IMG/VR virus record: IMGVR_UViG_3300032236_001129
Location: 1 to 64,000 of that record
DNA length: 64,000 nt
Strand: one strand, 5' to 3'
Source: a virus
Part shown: in pieces, positions 25,439-34,369 of the stretch
How positions within the stretch are numbered: position 1 is the first letter of the stretch
How the letters are laid out: each line of letters begins with the position of its first letter
Notes under the pieces: generated by a model
Database searches by the model: none
Seen by the model: the letters and a program-made list of their open reading frames with translations, nothing else
Told to the model about the DNA's origin: nothing
Program-made: the position numbers and the translations under genes

Positions 25439-25699
25439 ATGTGCCACGAATGTGGAGATGAAGAAGATGACATTCAGTTTAGTTCTGAGTTCATCGATGC
25501 TTTACAAGAACTACCTCCTGAAGAAAAGGAAAACGTTCTAGATGATATGCAAGAGTCCATCGCATATGTGATGGAGAAAGCAGAACAGCAAGGGTTCTTG
25601 TTCGAGTTGATTACATCTTGGCCAAGAACAAAGGTTGCTATGTATGAGGCAGCCGTAGTCATGGAGAAAAATATTCTCGATGATGGACACACACACTAG
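25439..25699 (+). CDS. Acidic hypothetical protein
   Basis: GAAAGGA RBS; start MCHECG. Confidence 0.65.
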   Translation: MCHECGDEEDDIQFSSEFIDALQELPPEEKENVLDDMQESIAYVMEKAEQQGFLFELITSWPRTKVAMYEAAVVMEKNILDDGHTH

Positions 25700-25710
25700 A
25701 AAGGCACAAC

Positions 25711-27120
25711 ATGGAGATAGCAGTATTTACCGAGTCTTACGAACCAGGTATGGGTGCAAAGCGACGTCAAATCCTTATGGCACCATATGAGGGAGGCGTA
25801 AAAATCTGGTCACGGTTAACCGATGGAACTAAGGGCCCACACAATAAGTGGGAAGATACTTCATTGGCTGAGCTAAGTGACTTGGTTAGTAGCTCAGAGC
25901 AATTGACAAGGACCCCTGTTGGTGTATATGTTACGGCAGCAGATGAGAAGGCAATTGCAGACAAGGGTTACTCTCCTGTCTTAGGTACCAAGGCATGCAA
26001 TCAACATGCTAAGGCTGACCCAAATACAGATACAACTCCGTTCGCAGAAAAGCTCTGTGAACTCCACGATCAAATCCTAGTGGGGGATGATTCATTGGAT
26101 ACATATGTAATCGATAACCGACGTCAAGCTGGCGCTACAGTTCCATTGGTAATGCCAGTCTCAACACAAACAAACGAGGATGCTATGCCAACTGTTAAGC
26201 AATCTTCTGGTGGCAAAATTCTCAGCGTCAATCTTGCAACAGTTCCACGCAAGGAGCTAGCTGAGCGATATGTTCACCGTAAGATCTGGGGTCAAGAAGA
26301 CTTTGCAGTCTATGACCACGCACGTGCTAAAGGTACTAACATTCTTATCTATGGCCCAACTGGTCCTGGTAAGACTACATCTGTTGAAGCGTGGGCTGCT
26401 GAACGTGGCTTGCGCCTAGCAACAATCTCTGGTAATGCGTCTATGGAACCAAGCCAAATGACCGGCAAGTTCGTCTCTGATGGCGAAGGTGCGTTCATGT
26501 GGATTGACGGTCCCGTAACTGACGTAGTACGTAACGGTGGTGTTCTTCTGCTTGATGAGGTTAACTTCATCAATCCTAAGATCTATACCAACCTATATTC
26601 ATTGACCGATGGTCGTCGTAGCATTACTTTGCTTGACCATCATGGCGAGACTATTGAGGCTCACAAAGACCTCACTATCTTCGCTACTATGAATCCAGAT
26701 TACATCGGCACCACACCGCTCAACTTTGCGTTCCGCAATCGCTTCGACATTCAAATCCCATGGGATTATGACGATGCCGTTGAGGAGAAGTTGATTAGTT
26801 CTAAGGCTCTTCGTATCCTTATGAAGCAACTTCGCACAGAGGCTGCCAAGGGTCAATACGAGACTCCAATCTCTACCAACATGGGTATGGAGTTCATCGA
26901 CCTTATCGACTCTCTCGGCTATGAGTTTGCAGCCGAGAACTTCATTGCTCACTTCAGTACAGATGAGCAAGCCAGCGTACGCATGGTCTTCCAGACTCAT
27001 GAGCACAATGTCAAGTCTGACTTCGGTCTCGAAGCCAACATAAACATTGACCAACCTGCTGATAAGAGTCTTGATGATCGCCTGCAAGAATGGGCACAAC
27101 AAGTATCCGTTAACGTCTAA
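25711..27120 (+). CDS. MoxR/CbbQ/NirQ-like AAA+ ATPase with N-terminal extension
   Basis: Walker A GPTGPGKT, Walker B LLLDEVN, ATMNP, AFRNRF. Confidence 0.9.
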   Translation: MEIAVFTESYEPGMGAKRRQILMAPYEGGVKIWSRLTDGTKGPHNKWEDTSLAELSDLVSSSEQLTRTPVGVYVTAADEKAIADKGYSPVLGTKACNQHAKADPNTDTTPFAEKLCELHDQILVGDDSLDTYVIDNRRQAGATVPLVMPVSTQTNEDAMPTVKQSSGGKILSVNLATVPRKELAERYVHRKIWGQEDFAVYDHARAKGTNILIYGPTGPGKTTSVEAWAAERGLRLATISGNASMEPSQMTGKFVSDGEGAFMWIDGPVTDVVRNGGVLLLDEVNFINPKIYTNLYSLTDGRRSITLLDHHGETIEAHKDLTIFATMNPDYIGTTPLNFAFRNRFDIQIPWDYDDAVEEKLISSKALRILMKQLRTEAAKGQYETPISTNMGMEFIDLIDSLGYEFAAENFIAHFSTDEQASVRMVFQTHEHNVKSDFGLEANINIDQPADKSLDDRLQEWAQQVSVNV

Positions 27121-27129
27121 GGAGGCTAA

Positions 27130-29016
27130 ATGCTTATAGATGAATTAGATGATTCTCCGTGGGGTGGAGATGCTCGTTCTGAGCAAGACCAAGAGCGCAT
27201 AGTTCAACTAGGTGCTTTATGTCGTGTGTATGAACAAGCTGACCGAGTTCTCACTGGTGACCCAGTCATAGTCAACGTCATGCCAGATGGCCCTGCGCCA
27301 GCGTGGTCTGACGGCGCTGCTATCTATATCAATCAGCAAGAAATTACTGATATGGATTTAGAAACGCTAACTCAAGTCACCGGCCTGAACTATCATGAGC
27401 TAGCCCATCACTTCTATACTCCTCGCAAGGGTACAGAGCTAATCAAGTGGGTACTAGCCAACAACTATATGGAATCCGCCAATATGCTCGAGGACCAGCG
27501 CATCGAGACTTTGCTATGCGCTCGTTATCCAGCTGTTGCTCCATATCTCACAGGTACAGTAGCTAGATGGCTTGGTGAGACTCCTGAGGAACGACAGGGT
27601 GTGTATGCTCTCATCCGTGGTCGCAGGTATCTGCCAGTAGAACTACGTGAAGCATATCGTGATGAGTTTGCATTCCCGGAACTCATACCTGCTATCGTAG
27701 ACATCGTAGACAAGTATCGTCTGCTTGCATTCCCACGGGACTACAAGACAGCACAAGTACTTATCCAACGATTCAATGACGAAGTACTCAAACCAATCCG
27801 TGGTGACTTTCCACAGCTATCTGGTGGTCCCAATGGATGTGGTCATCGTGATCCAACAATCAAGGGTCGTCCTGAACCTGGCAAGATGCAAGAGAGAGAT
27901 GCTCAGCGTGCCGGCAATATGGGCAAGCCAGAGTCTGTCTATATGCCAATTCCTAAAGCCAAGGATGATGCCAACACAAACAGCACGCCAGACAAAAGCA
28001 ATCCATCTACAATGCCTGCTCCTAACAGTGCAGCGGAAGCGCTTGCTATACGTGAGGCGATTCAACAATCTAATCAACCACCATCTCTAGAACCAGGCGA
28101 AGGCCATCATGAGAGCAAGGGTGGTGTTCCTGATAATCTCCAGAGTATCTTGGATAACACTATGGAGGATATCTACAACAACAAAGCAGTTCAACAGGAT
28201 ATCAAAGCCAAGCAGCGTGTAATCGTTGGTGGCGATGGTAAGTTCGATGCGTCTACTAAACATGGCAAATTCGACCTCACCGATGTCCCTACTGACACCA
28301 TCATCATGTATCGTGCGTTTGCCAAAGAGTTGGAGCGCCTGCGTGATGAGTGTGAGCCTGGCTGGAACAAGGGTGTACCTAGCGGTAAGCTCAACGTTCA
28401 GCGTGTAATCAATGGATGTGAGATCGACGAAGCCTTTGACCGCTGGGAAGAAGGTAATGATGGCGCCGACGTGGAAGCCGTTATTCTAGTAGATCGTTCC
28501 GGATCCATGGGCTCTGACAACAATGACCGCAATGCTTCTCTTGCATGCTGGACTATCAAGCGTGCGTTGGAAGCCATCGATGCTCCAGTTACCGTGTATG
28601 CATTCGATGACAGGTCAGAGGTTGCGTATACCCGCTCCGAGCGTGCCCACAAAACACGCTTCAAATTTATCTATGGCAGCGGTGGTACAAATCCGTATAG
28701 CTCGTTAATCGCAGCCGAGCAGCTGCTTATGTCTTCTCGTAAGAAGAATAAGATGCTGTTTATCATCACCGATGGTGCCTTCAATCATGAGAAAAATGAT
28801 GAAGTCATCCAACGTATTAGCCGTCGAGGTATCTTGACTGCTATGACTCTTATCATGCGTGATAGAGACTATGAGTACTACAGCAATCGTGGCGAGAGCG
28901 ATAAGACTTTCCGACACGATGCTGAAGTATATGGCCGTATCAATTCAGCCCGTGACTTAGTGCCGTTTGCTAAGGCTGTAGTAATGGGTGCAATCAAGAA
29001 GCGCAGAAGCGCCTAA
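27130..29016 (+). CDS. VWA domain protein (CobT-like, N-terminal HExxH)
   Basis: HELAH..NMLEDQRIE; MIDAS DRSGSM, GGT, IITDG. Confidence 0.9.
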   Translation: MLIDELDDSPWGGDARSEQDQERIVQLGALCRVYEQADRVLTGDPVIVNVMPDGPAPAWSDGAAIYINQQEITDMDLETLTQVTGLNYHELAHHFYTPRKGTELIKWVLANNYMESANMLEDQRIETLLCARYPAVAPYLTGTVARWLGETPEERQGVYALIRGRRYLPVELREAYRDEFAFPELIPAIVDIVDKYRLLAFPRDYKTAQVLIQRFNDEVLKPIRGDFPQLSGGPNGCGHRDPTIKGRPEPGKMQERDAQRAGNMGKPESVYMPIPKAKDDANTNSTPDKSNPSTMPAPNSAAEALAIREAIQQSNQPPSLEPGEGHHESKGGVPDNLQSILDNTMEDIYNNKAVQQDIKAKQRVIVGGDGKFDASTKHGKFDLTDVPTDTIIMYRAFAKELERLRDECEPGWNKGVPSGKLNVQRVINGCEIDEAFDRWEEGNDGADVEAVILVDRSGSMGSDNNDRNASLACWTIKRALEAIDAPVTVYAFDDRSEVAYTRSERAHKTRFKFIYGSGGTNPYSSLIAAEQLLMSSRKKNKMLFIITDGAFNHEKNDEVIQRISRRGILTAMTLIMRDRDYEYYSNRGESDKTFRHDAEVYGRINSARDLVPFAKAVVMGAIKKRRSA

Positions 29017-29038
29017 CCAACACAAACAAGGAGGGTAT

Positions 29039-29230
29039 ATGTACACGATTTATGACAGCATCACGGAGTCTTTAGTTGAAGTCTTTAATGACTATGAGTC
29101 CGCACAAATGTTCCTACTACATCAGTCAGATAACCTAGCCGATGGTGGGGCTAATCTGTCTATTGAATACATTTCTACAGTACAAGAGTGGGCTATGGAT
29201 AATGGCATCAAATTGGAGGCGGTAATGTAA
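29039..29230 (+). CDS. Hypothetical protein
   Basis: AAGGAGG RBS immediately after a 12-mer copy; start MYTIYD. Confidence 0.65.
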   Translation: MYTIYDSITESLVEVFNDYESAQMFLLHQSDNLADGGANLSIEYISTVQEWAMDNGIKLEAVM

Positions 29231-29550
29231 TGGGAGAAGTTATTAACTTCGGAGACTATCTAGCAGCAAAGCAAGCCAACATGACAGTCGGTCAGCTACG
29301 TGGCTCAAGAGAGTTGATGGATGAGCTTCTATCCGAGCTAACTCCTGAGCAACTAGCTAGTGACTATATTCTCTATGTGCCAGAGTCTGTGGACGATGTC
29401 TGGCCTAGAGAGTATCTCTATATCATGCCTGAAGATCTTGGCAATCCCGGCTGTAGTGAGTGCCAGCATCTTAACTGGGAGGTTGTAGAGGATGGCTATC
29501 AAGCCAGATGCAAAGACTGCAAACTAAACGCTTGGAGTGCACCATGGTAA
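29230..29550 (+). CDS. Hypothetical protein with C-terminal Zn ribbon
   Basis: CSEC...CKDC. Confidence 0.6.
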   Translation: MGEVINFGDYLAAKQANMTVGQLRGSRELMDELLSELTPEQLASDYILYVPESVDDVWPREYLYIMPEDLGNPGCSECQHLNWEVVEDGYQARCKDCKLNAWSAPW

Positions 29551-29993
29551 ATACATTTCTACCTTGGCCAGACATGAAACGAACAGCTAAATCCTTAGAC
29601 AACAAGAGACTTGGTAAGCAACGTGTAGAGGCGTTGCAAATTCTGAGGGCCAACTTGGGTCTAACTAAGGGATGGGTTAATCACCCGGCTGCTGTGATGT
29701 GGCGTGGTCACGAAGGTTATCTATATATGTACACAAATGCTATGTGTATAGAGTGGAGACAACGTGGCTATGAAGATAACGTACAAGCACGGCTGCAAGA
29801 GCTGTATGCAGAACATGACATACAAGGTTGGGACCCGCCATGGTGGTGGGGTAATGATGAGTTCCATTCATCACATCGTTCTAACCTAAAGCGTAAAGAT
29901 CCGATTTGGTATCGGTTTCGTGTACGCAAAGATATTCCGTACAAATGGCCTACACCTAGTATGTCATTCAGAACAACAGAAGGAAAAAAATAA
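29544..29993 (+). CDS. Pyrimidine dimer DNA glycosylase / endonuclease V family (MSMEG_6728-like)
   Basis: TFLP..LDNKRLGKQRVEALQI..HPAAVMWRG..H.SHRSNLKRKDP. Confidence 0.9.
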   Translation: MVNTFLPWPDMKRTAKSLDNKRLGKQRVEALQILRANLGLTKGWVNHPAAVMWRGHEGYLYMYTNAMCIEWRQRGYEDNVQARLQELYAEHDIQGWDPPWWWGNDEFHSSHRSNLKRKDPIWYRFRVRKDIPYKWPTPSMSFRTTEGKK

Positions 29994-30190
29994 TGACCAT
30001 GTACAAAGTAACAATCCATGAACACAAGATCTACGATGCGTTCATTGAAGCACCAACACAGCAGCTGGCTATTGAAGAAGCTGAGAACCAAATTGTTGGT
30101 GAAGAAAATGCCAAGTGGCGTGAAGATTACAACGCTGGTTGGGCTGAAGTTGGCGAGGTTGAACTAGTAGAAGAGGAAGACTATGCCTAA
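29993..30190 (+). CDS. Acidic hypothetical protein
   Basis: 65 aa; TAATG coupling. Confidence 0.6.
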   Translation: MTMYKVTIHEHKIYDAFIEAPTQQLAIEEAENQIVGEENAKWREDYNAGWAEVGEVELVEEEDYA

Positions 30191-30716
30191 TTGGTGTGAC
30201 AACGCCATAATGATAAGAGGACAGAAAGATGAAGTACTCAAAGTAAAAGACTTTGTTACTGATGGTAACAATCCGTTTAGCTTTGAGAAAATCTATCCGT
30301 GTCCTCCTAAGTTAAGAAGTGAAAGCGCACCTAATAGAAACACACAAAGCTCTGAATTCAACACCAGTAAGTACGGGGCTAAAGATTGGTATGAATGGTG
30401 TGTTGATAACTGGGGTACTAAATGGGACTCATCTGAAACAGAGTTACTAACAGAACTGTTAGATGAAGACACATTACAAATAACCTGGAGCTACCAAACA
30501 GCTTGGGCTCCTCCCATCGGGGTATATGAGAAGCTGGCGGAGATGTTTCCCAACATAAACATTTTCGTTAACTTCGATGAATCCGGGATGGGATTCTCTG
30601 GTTGGAAATACTACAAGGATGGAGCTGTAGAGAAAGAAGAAGATTACGGCTCTTCCTACTACAGTATCAAGACCTTTATGGAACCAGATACTGATATATG
30701 GGATTGGTTAGATTAG
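30183..30716 (+). CDS. DUF1281/YubB ferredoxin-like fold protein
   Basis: MPNWC.N, DWYEWCVDNWGTKWD, TAWAPP. Confidence 0.85.
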   Translation: MPNWCDNAIMIRGQKDEVLKVKDFVTDGNNPFSFEKIYPCPPKLRSESAPNRNTQSSEFNTSKYGAKDWYEWCVDNWGTKWDSSETELLTELLDEDTLQITWSYQTAWAPPIGVYEKLAEMFPNINIFVNFDESGMGFSGWKYYKDGAVEKEEDYGSSYYSIKTFMEPDTDIWDWLD

Positions 30717-30728
30717 AAATGGAGGATC

Positions 30729-30938
30729 ATGGCCAATGACAAGTTAACTACAAAACTACGAATACTCTATGAGGTAGATATTGCCAAGTGGCGTATTGAT
30801 GATCAAAACGAAATCGAGAACCGTGAGTGGTGTCTTTATGTGTATGACCGTAACCAAGAGCAATGGGTTGCAGTCAGTAGCTTAAACGCACCAGGCGAGG
30901 GAGCTTCGATTAGACATATTCACGTAGTAGAAGAGTAA
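30729..30938 (+). CDS. Hypothetical protein
   Basis: GGAGG RBS. Confidence 0.55.
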   Translation: MANDKLTTKLRILYEVDIAKWRIDDQNEIENREWCLYVYDRNQEQWVAVSSLNAPGEGASIRHIHVVEE

Positions 30939-31038
30939 CCCCGGGCGCAATCCGGGGTACTCGGCTAAATGGTGCAAACTCTGTCGTACTTAGAGCTAGC
31001 ATTAACAAGTATACCCTAGACACTAGAAAGGAGATCCA

Positions 31039-31278
31039 GTGTTTGAATTCGCTAACATGCGATTAAAAGATAAAAACATAAAGAAACTGGTCTCTGCTCT
31101 AGAGGAAGCCGGTCTGGACGTCTCAATGACGCCAGGCAAGCATCACATTAAGGTGGTCAATAGTGACACTAAACAGGTGGTATTCTTTGGACCTCAGTCC
31201 TTAGGAGACTTTAGAGCGGGGAAAAATATACTCAGAGACCTCAAGAAGGTGGGCTTTGAGTCAAACATCAAACTATAG
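31039..31278 (+). CDS. HicA-like (dsRBD-fold) protein
   Basis: LVSALEEAGLDV..GKHHIKV...KNILRDLKKVG pattern. Confidence 0.55.
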   Translation: MFEFANMRLKDKNIKKLVSALEEAGLDVSMTPGKHHIKVVNSDTKQVVFFGPQSLGDFRAGKNILRDLKKVGFESNIKL

Positions 31279-31286
31279 GAGGAAGC

Positions 31287-31565
31287 ATGGCTAAGAAAGT
31301 AGATGCTACATTCAGTGTAGAAATCTGTAAGAACACGGAAAAAGGTGGTGCGTGGTTAGCTACATACACCATTACAGAAGATGGTGTGGAGAAGGGCTAT
31401 GTCAATGAAGCATGGTCTAACGCATCAGCTGCTAAACGATGGATTAAGTCCAAGGTTGTAGAACATACGCCACGTAAGTCCATCAAGCTTGAGATCACAA
31501 CCAAGGACTTAAATGACAAACCAACATGTATCAAGGGTCAACTAACATATAAAGTGGAGGCATAA
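31287..31565 (+). CDS. Hypothetical protein
   Basis: AGGAGG RBS; AWSNASAAKRW. Confidence 0.7.
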   Translation: MAKKVDATFSVEICKNTEKGGAWLATYTITEDGVEKGYVNEAWSNASAAKRWIKSKVVEHTPRKSIKLEITTKDLNDKPTCIKGQLTYKVEA

Positions 31566-31789
31566 TGAACGTCAACATGGAAACTGCAGAGAAGGTTGCT
31601 GAACTAGGCAACATGACTATGGATATAGCTGAAACACTATCTGATCTACTCGGTGACGACGAGCTTGATTATATGATGCTGTTAGACGCTCTTGCTATAC
31701 ATGGCTACACCATTGAGAAGGCCAAGGGTGAGAATATAGCCAGCATAGCCTACATGTACGGCCTCTCATTAGAAGCACAGGATGCATAA
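31565..31789 (+). CDS. Hypothetical protein
   Basis: Coupled ORF. Confidence 0.6.
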   Translation: MNVNMETAEKVAELGNMTMDIAETLSDLLGDDELDYMMLLDALAIHGYTIEKAKGENIASIAYMYGLSLEAQDA

Positions 31790-32065
31790 ATGGATATGGA
31801 GACAATACTTCCCCGGACATGTGTAGTGTGTCATGGCCGGGGTTACATCTTCCAAGGTAACTCGGAAGACTGGGACGTTACAGCATGTGATGCATGTGAT
31901 GATGAAGCGGGAGCTAACTATCTCCTAGCTGCTGACGCATACGACGAAATCGAGATGAAGATGGAAGAAAATGATGAGGAGCTTACCAAATGCCAGGGTT
32001 GTGGTGAGCCGTCTATGCTTGATGAGTTAGACCTAGATCTGCTCTGCGACTATTGCGCTGAGTAA
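31790..32065 (+). CDS. Double Zn-ribbon protein
   Basis: CVVCHGRG..CDAC; CQGC..CDYC. Confidence 0.6.
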   Translation: MDMETILPRTCVVCHGRGYIFQGNSEDWDVTACDACDDEAGANYLLAADAYDEIEMKMEENDEELTKCQGCGEPSMLDELDLDLLCDYCAE

Positions 32066-32073
32066 TCTCACAG

Positions 32074-32113
32074 AAAAAGCCCCCCGGCCTTAATTGGTCG
32101 AGGGGCTTTTTTT
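32074..32113. terminator. Bidirectional terminator at the right border of the plus-strand island
   Basis: AAAAAGCCCC...GGGGCTTTTTTT between convergent genes. Confidence 0.8.
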
Positions 32114-32128
32114 GTTTGTGTTGGCCGT

Positions 32129-32284
32129 TTATGCGAGGTCTTCGTCAGCCTCTGGCTCATCGTCTACGATTGAATCCTCTAGGTCTTCTAAATCGTCCTC
32201 ATCGAAATCGAAATCTTCGAAGCCGTCTTCAAGGTCTGCTTCAAAGTCCTCATCGAATAGGTCTGGGTTGATATCTTCTGACAC
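32129..32284 (-). CDS. Hyper-acidic 51-aa peptide (not in ORF track)
   Basis: GTG start after AAGGAG; MSEDINPDLFDEDFEADLEDGFEDFDFDEDDLEDLEDSIVDDEPEADEDLA. Confidence 0.7.
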   Translation of the reverse strand: MSEDINPDLFDEDFEADLEDGFEDFDFDEDDLEDLEDSIVDDEPEADEDLA

Positions 32285-32293
32285 GCTATCTCC

Positions 32294-34327
32294 TTAGTTA
32301 GTTTTGATGTCTTCTGGATTTACATCTTTAATCATTTTTACTTCACATGCATCTGTAGTGCAATAAGCCTCACCTACAGCATCAAATGCCATTCCAGCAT
32401 AGACGCCGCTCAGATCGATTGGGAACAAAGTCATGCGACCTTCTTCGTACTCTTCAGGATTACTGCGAGTGTATGGCATTTGTGGGTATGACCCATCATC
32501 CATTGCTAAGAATGAAACAGTCTTAAGTTGTCCATCATACATATGCAAAGCCGTACCGATCGCCTCAGCTTCATTCTTAGGGTCAAATGATACGGTTACA
32601 GATACAGAATTGTCAGACCAATAGCGTTGTGCTGTTGCAGCAAGCGCCATCTTCTCATAGATAGATACTTCCTTCTCAGAGCGCACAGCTGATGCCTGGA
32701 TTGGGAAGTAAACCACCGATGTTGTATCCGGAGAGTTAACCTCAGGTTCAACACGGTAATTAGCCATCTTAAATAGTGGGAGCATCGGATCATTGTTAGC
32801 GAAACGAATGGTGCGTAGGAAGTGCTTTCCGCCTGGTGTCCAGTGAACTCCTGGTGATTCTCCAGCCAAAATAGATACAGTTCCTGAAGGCTTGATGGTT
32901 GTGGTCTTGATCGACTCACGGATACCTAGCCATTCTGAGTAACTCTTATCATACTGTTGGACGGTCGTATACCCCTCGTCCATCCACTTACGTAGGATCG
33001 GAAGACCCTTTGTATCAGCAAAGTTAGCCACACCGGAGATTGATGTTCCAATACGGCGGTTACGTTGCATGATGGCGTTGGTCTCTTCCCAGTGGGTAGG
33101 AAGCAGGGTTACAGTCTTTGCATATAGATATGCAAACTTAAGAGTGCGCTTGAAGTCTTCCAAGGTCTCATGTCGGCCGATGTAGGTCTCAACGAGAGTA
33201 CAGCACTCCATAGATTCTAGGGATTGCTCAGCACATGGGTTATACCCGGCAGCACGCCAGTCTTTGTTATTGATTGGGTCTGATAGACGACCATACTGAC
33301 GAGTTACGTCCATCCAAATCACGCCAGGCTCGCCGTTGCGGGCAATACCATCAATGATAGGAGATAGGTCTTGTCCTACAGATACCTCAACAGAGTTGTT
33401 TGACATCCAGCCATGTCCCATGCGCTCAGGGTACATGTCGTAATTCTTAAGATTAAGAAATACCTCATCATCTACCTTGCCCATTAGAAGCTCAGCTGAT
33501 CGGCGTACGTTACCTGATACTACGCAGACACCGATTAGGTTTCCAAGGTCTGCGATATCACGAACCGTAACCTTCTGTCCAGCACGTCCAGAGAAGATAC
33601 TCTCAATGTGCTTATGAAGTTTGATTAATGGTTCTGCTCCGGCGGCAGTTCCGCCAAAGGTTTTAATCGGAGTACCTGCCGGCCGGATTTGGCTGTAGTC
33701 AAATACAGGCCTCTTCTTATCTGCTGTAAGGTAGCTGTTGATGACTGTGGTGGTACTTTCAACCCATCCTTCTCGGGTGTCCGGGATGATGATGGGGTCT
33801 GAATCTGGTTGTGGGTCATAGATCGTAAAGTCCTTGTCTGCACCCTTTGTATCGAAGCCAACGCCAACTCCCAGCATTGAGGCTTCCATTAAGAATGCGA
33901 ATGGTTTTGCAGGGTTGAGTTTGGTCATCGCATCTGTGGATACAAAGGAACAGTTCTGCAACGCTGCAGAATTCTTCTGAACATTGACGAGGGGGGTTCC
34001 CATCATCCATAGACCACGACCAGGTGGAGTCCATTTGAATTCGAACATACGGTCGAATGCTTCTTTTGCCGAGGTCTGAGCCTTGACATCTGACCATGGG
34101 AGTCTTTGACTCTTGGCATGGTCTTTTTGGATTGAGTACATGCCATTGATGACACGCTCACAAGTATCTGCCCAAGTCTCCTTGGTGCCGTCCTCTTTAA
34201 GGCGGGAGTAGGTTCTGATAAAGGTAATCTCCCCAACAGAGTTACCCGCCGCATCCATATAGCCCCAGTTAACCTTCTTGGAACGGTAGGAATTGACAAA
34301 GTCTTCAGCGAGTTTAAACGAAAACAA
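32294..34327 (-). CDS. nrdJ: Class II (adenosylcobalamin-dependent) ribonucleotide reductase
   Basis: PPGRGLW, LQNC, GNVRRSAE, NPCAEQSLE, TIKPSGTVS, C-terminal CTTDAC. Confidence 0.93.
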   Translation of the reverse strand: MFSFKLAEDFVNSYRSKKVNWGYMDAAGNSVGEITFIRTYSRLKEDGTKETWADTCERVINGMYSIQKDHAKSQRLPWSDVKAQTSAKEAFDRMFEFKWTPPGRGLWMMGTPLVNVQKNSAALQNCSFVSTDAMTKLNPAKPFAFLMEASMLGVGVGFDTKGADKDFTIYDPQPDSDPIIIPDTREGWVESTTTVINSYLTADKKRPVFDYSQIRPAGTPIKTFGGTAAGAEPLIKLHKHIESIFSGRAGQKVTVRDIADLGNLIGVCVVSGNVRRSAELLMGKVDDEVFLNLKNYDMYPERMGHGWMSNNSVEVSVGQDLSPIIDGIARNGEPGVIWMDVTRQYGRLSDPINNKDWRAAGYNPCAEQSLESMECCTLVETYIGRHETLEDFKRTLKFAYLYAKTVTLLPTHWEETNAIMQRNRRIGTSISGVANFADTKGLPILRKWMDEGYTTVQQYDKSYSEWLGIRESIKTTTIKPSGTVSILAGESPGVHWTPGGKHFLRTIRFANNDPMLPLFKMANYRVEPEVNSPDTTSVVYFPIQASAVRSEKEVSIYEKMALAATAQRYWSDNSVSVTVSFDPKNEAEAIGTALHMYDGQLKTVSFLAMDDGSYPQMPYTRSNPEEYEEGRMTLFPIDLSGVYAGMAFDAVGEAYCTTDACEVKMIKDVNPEDIKTN

Positions 34328-34369
34328 AATACAGCCTCATTTCTTGATAGTTATCACTATTATCAGGTA

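Larger units (their letters stand above)
19156..32124 (+). repeat. Dispersed oriented 12-mer YCAACAYAAACA (13 copies)
   Basis: CAACAYAAACA starts at 19157, 19898, 20646, 21322, 22530, 23623, 24858, 26162, 27036, 27972, 29018, 30551 (+) and 32113-32123 (-); every copy is preceded by a pyrimidine. Confidence 0.92.

Noticed and set aside
32294-34327. Intein or intron in nrdJ (also checked terL, polA, recA, dnaB)
   Set aside because: Sizes and motif spacing are normal and no C..HN/LAGLIDADG insertion was seen
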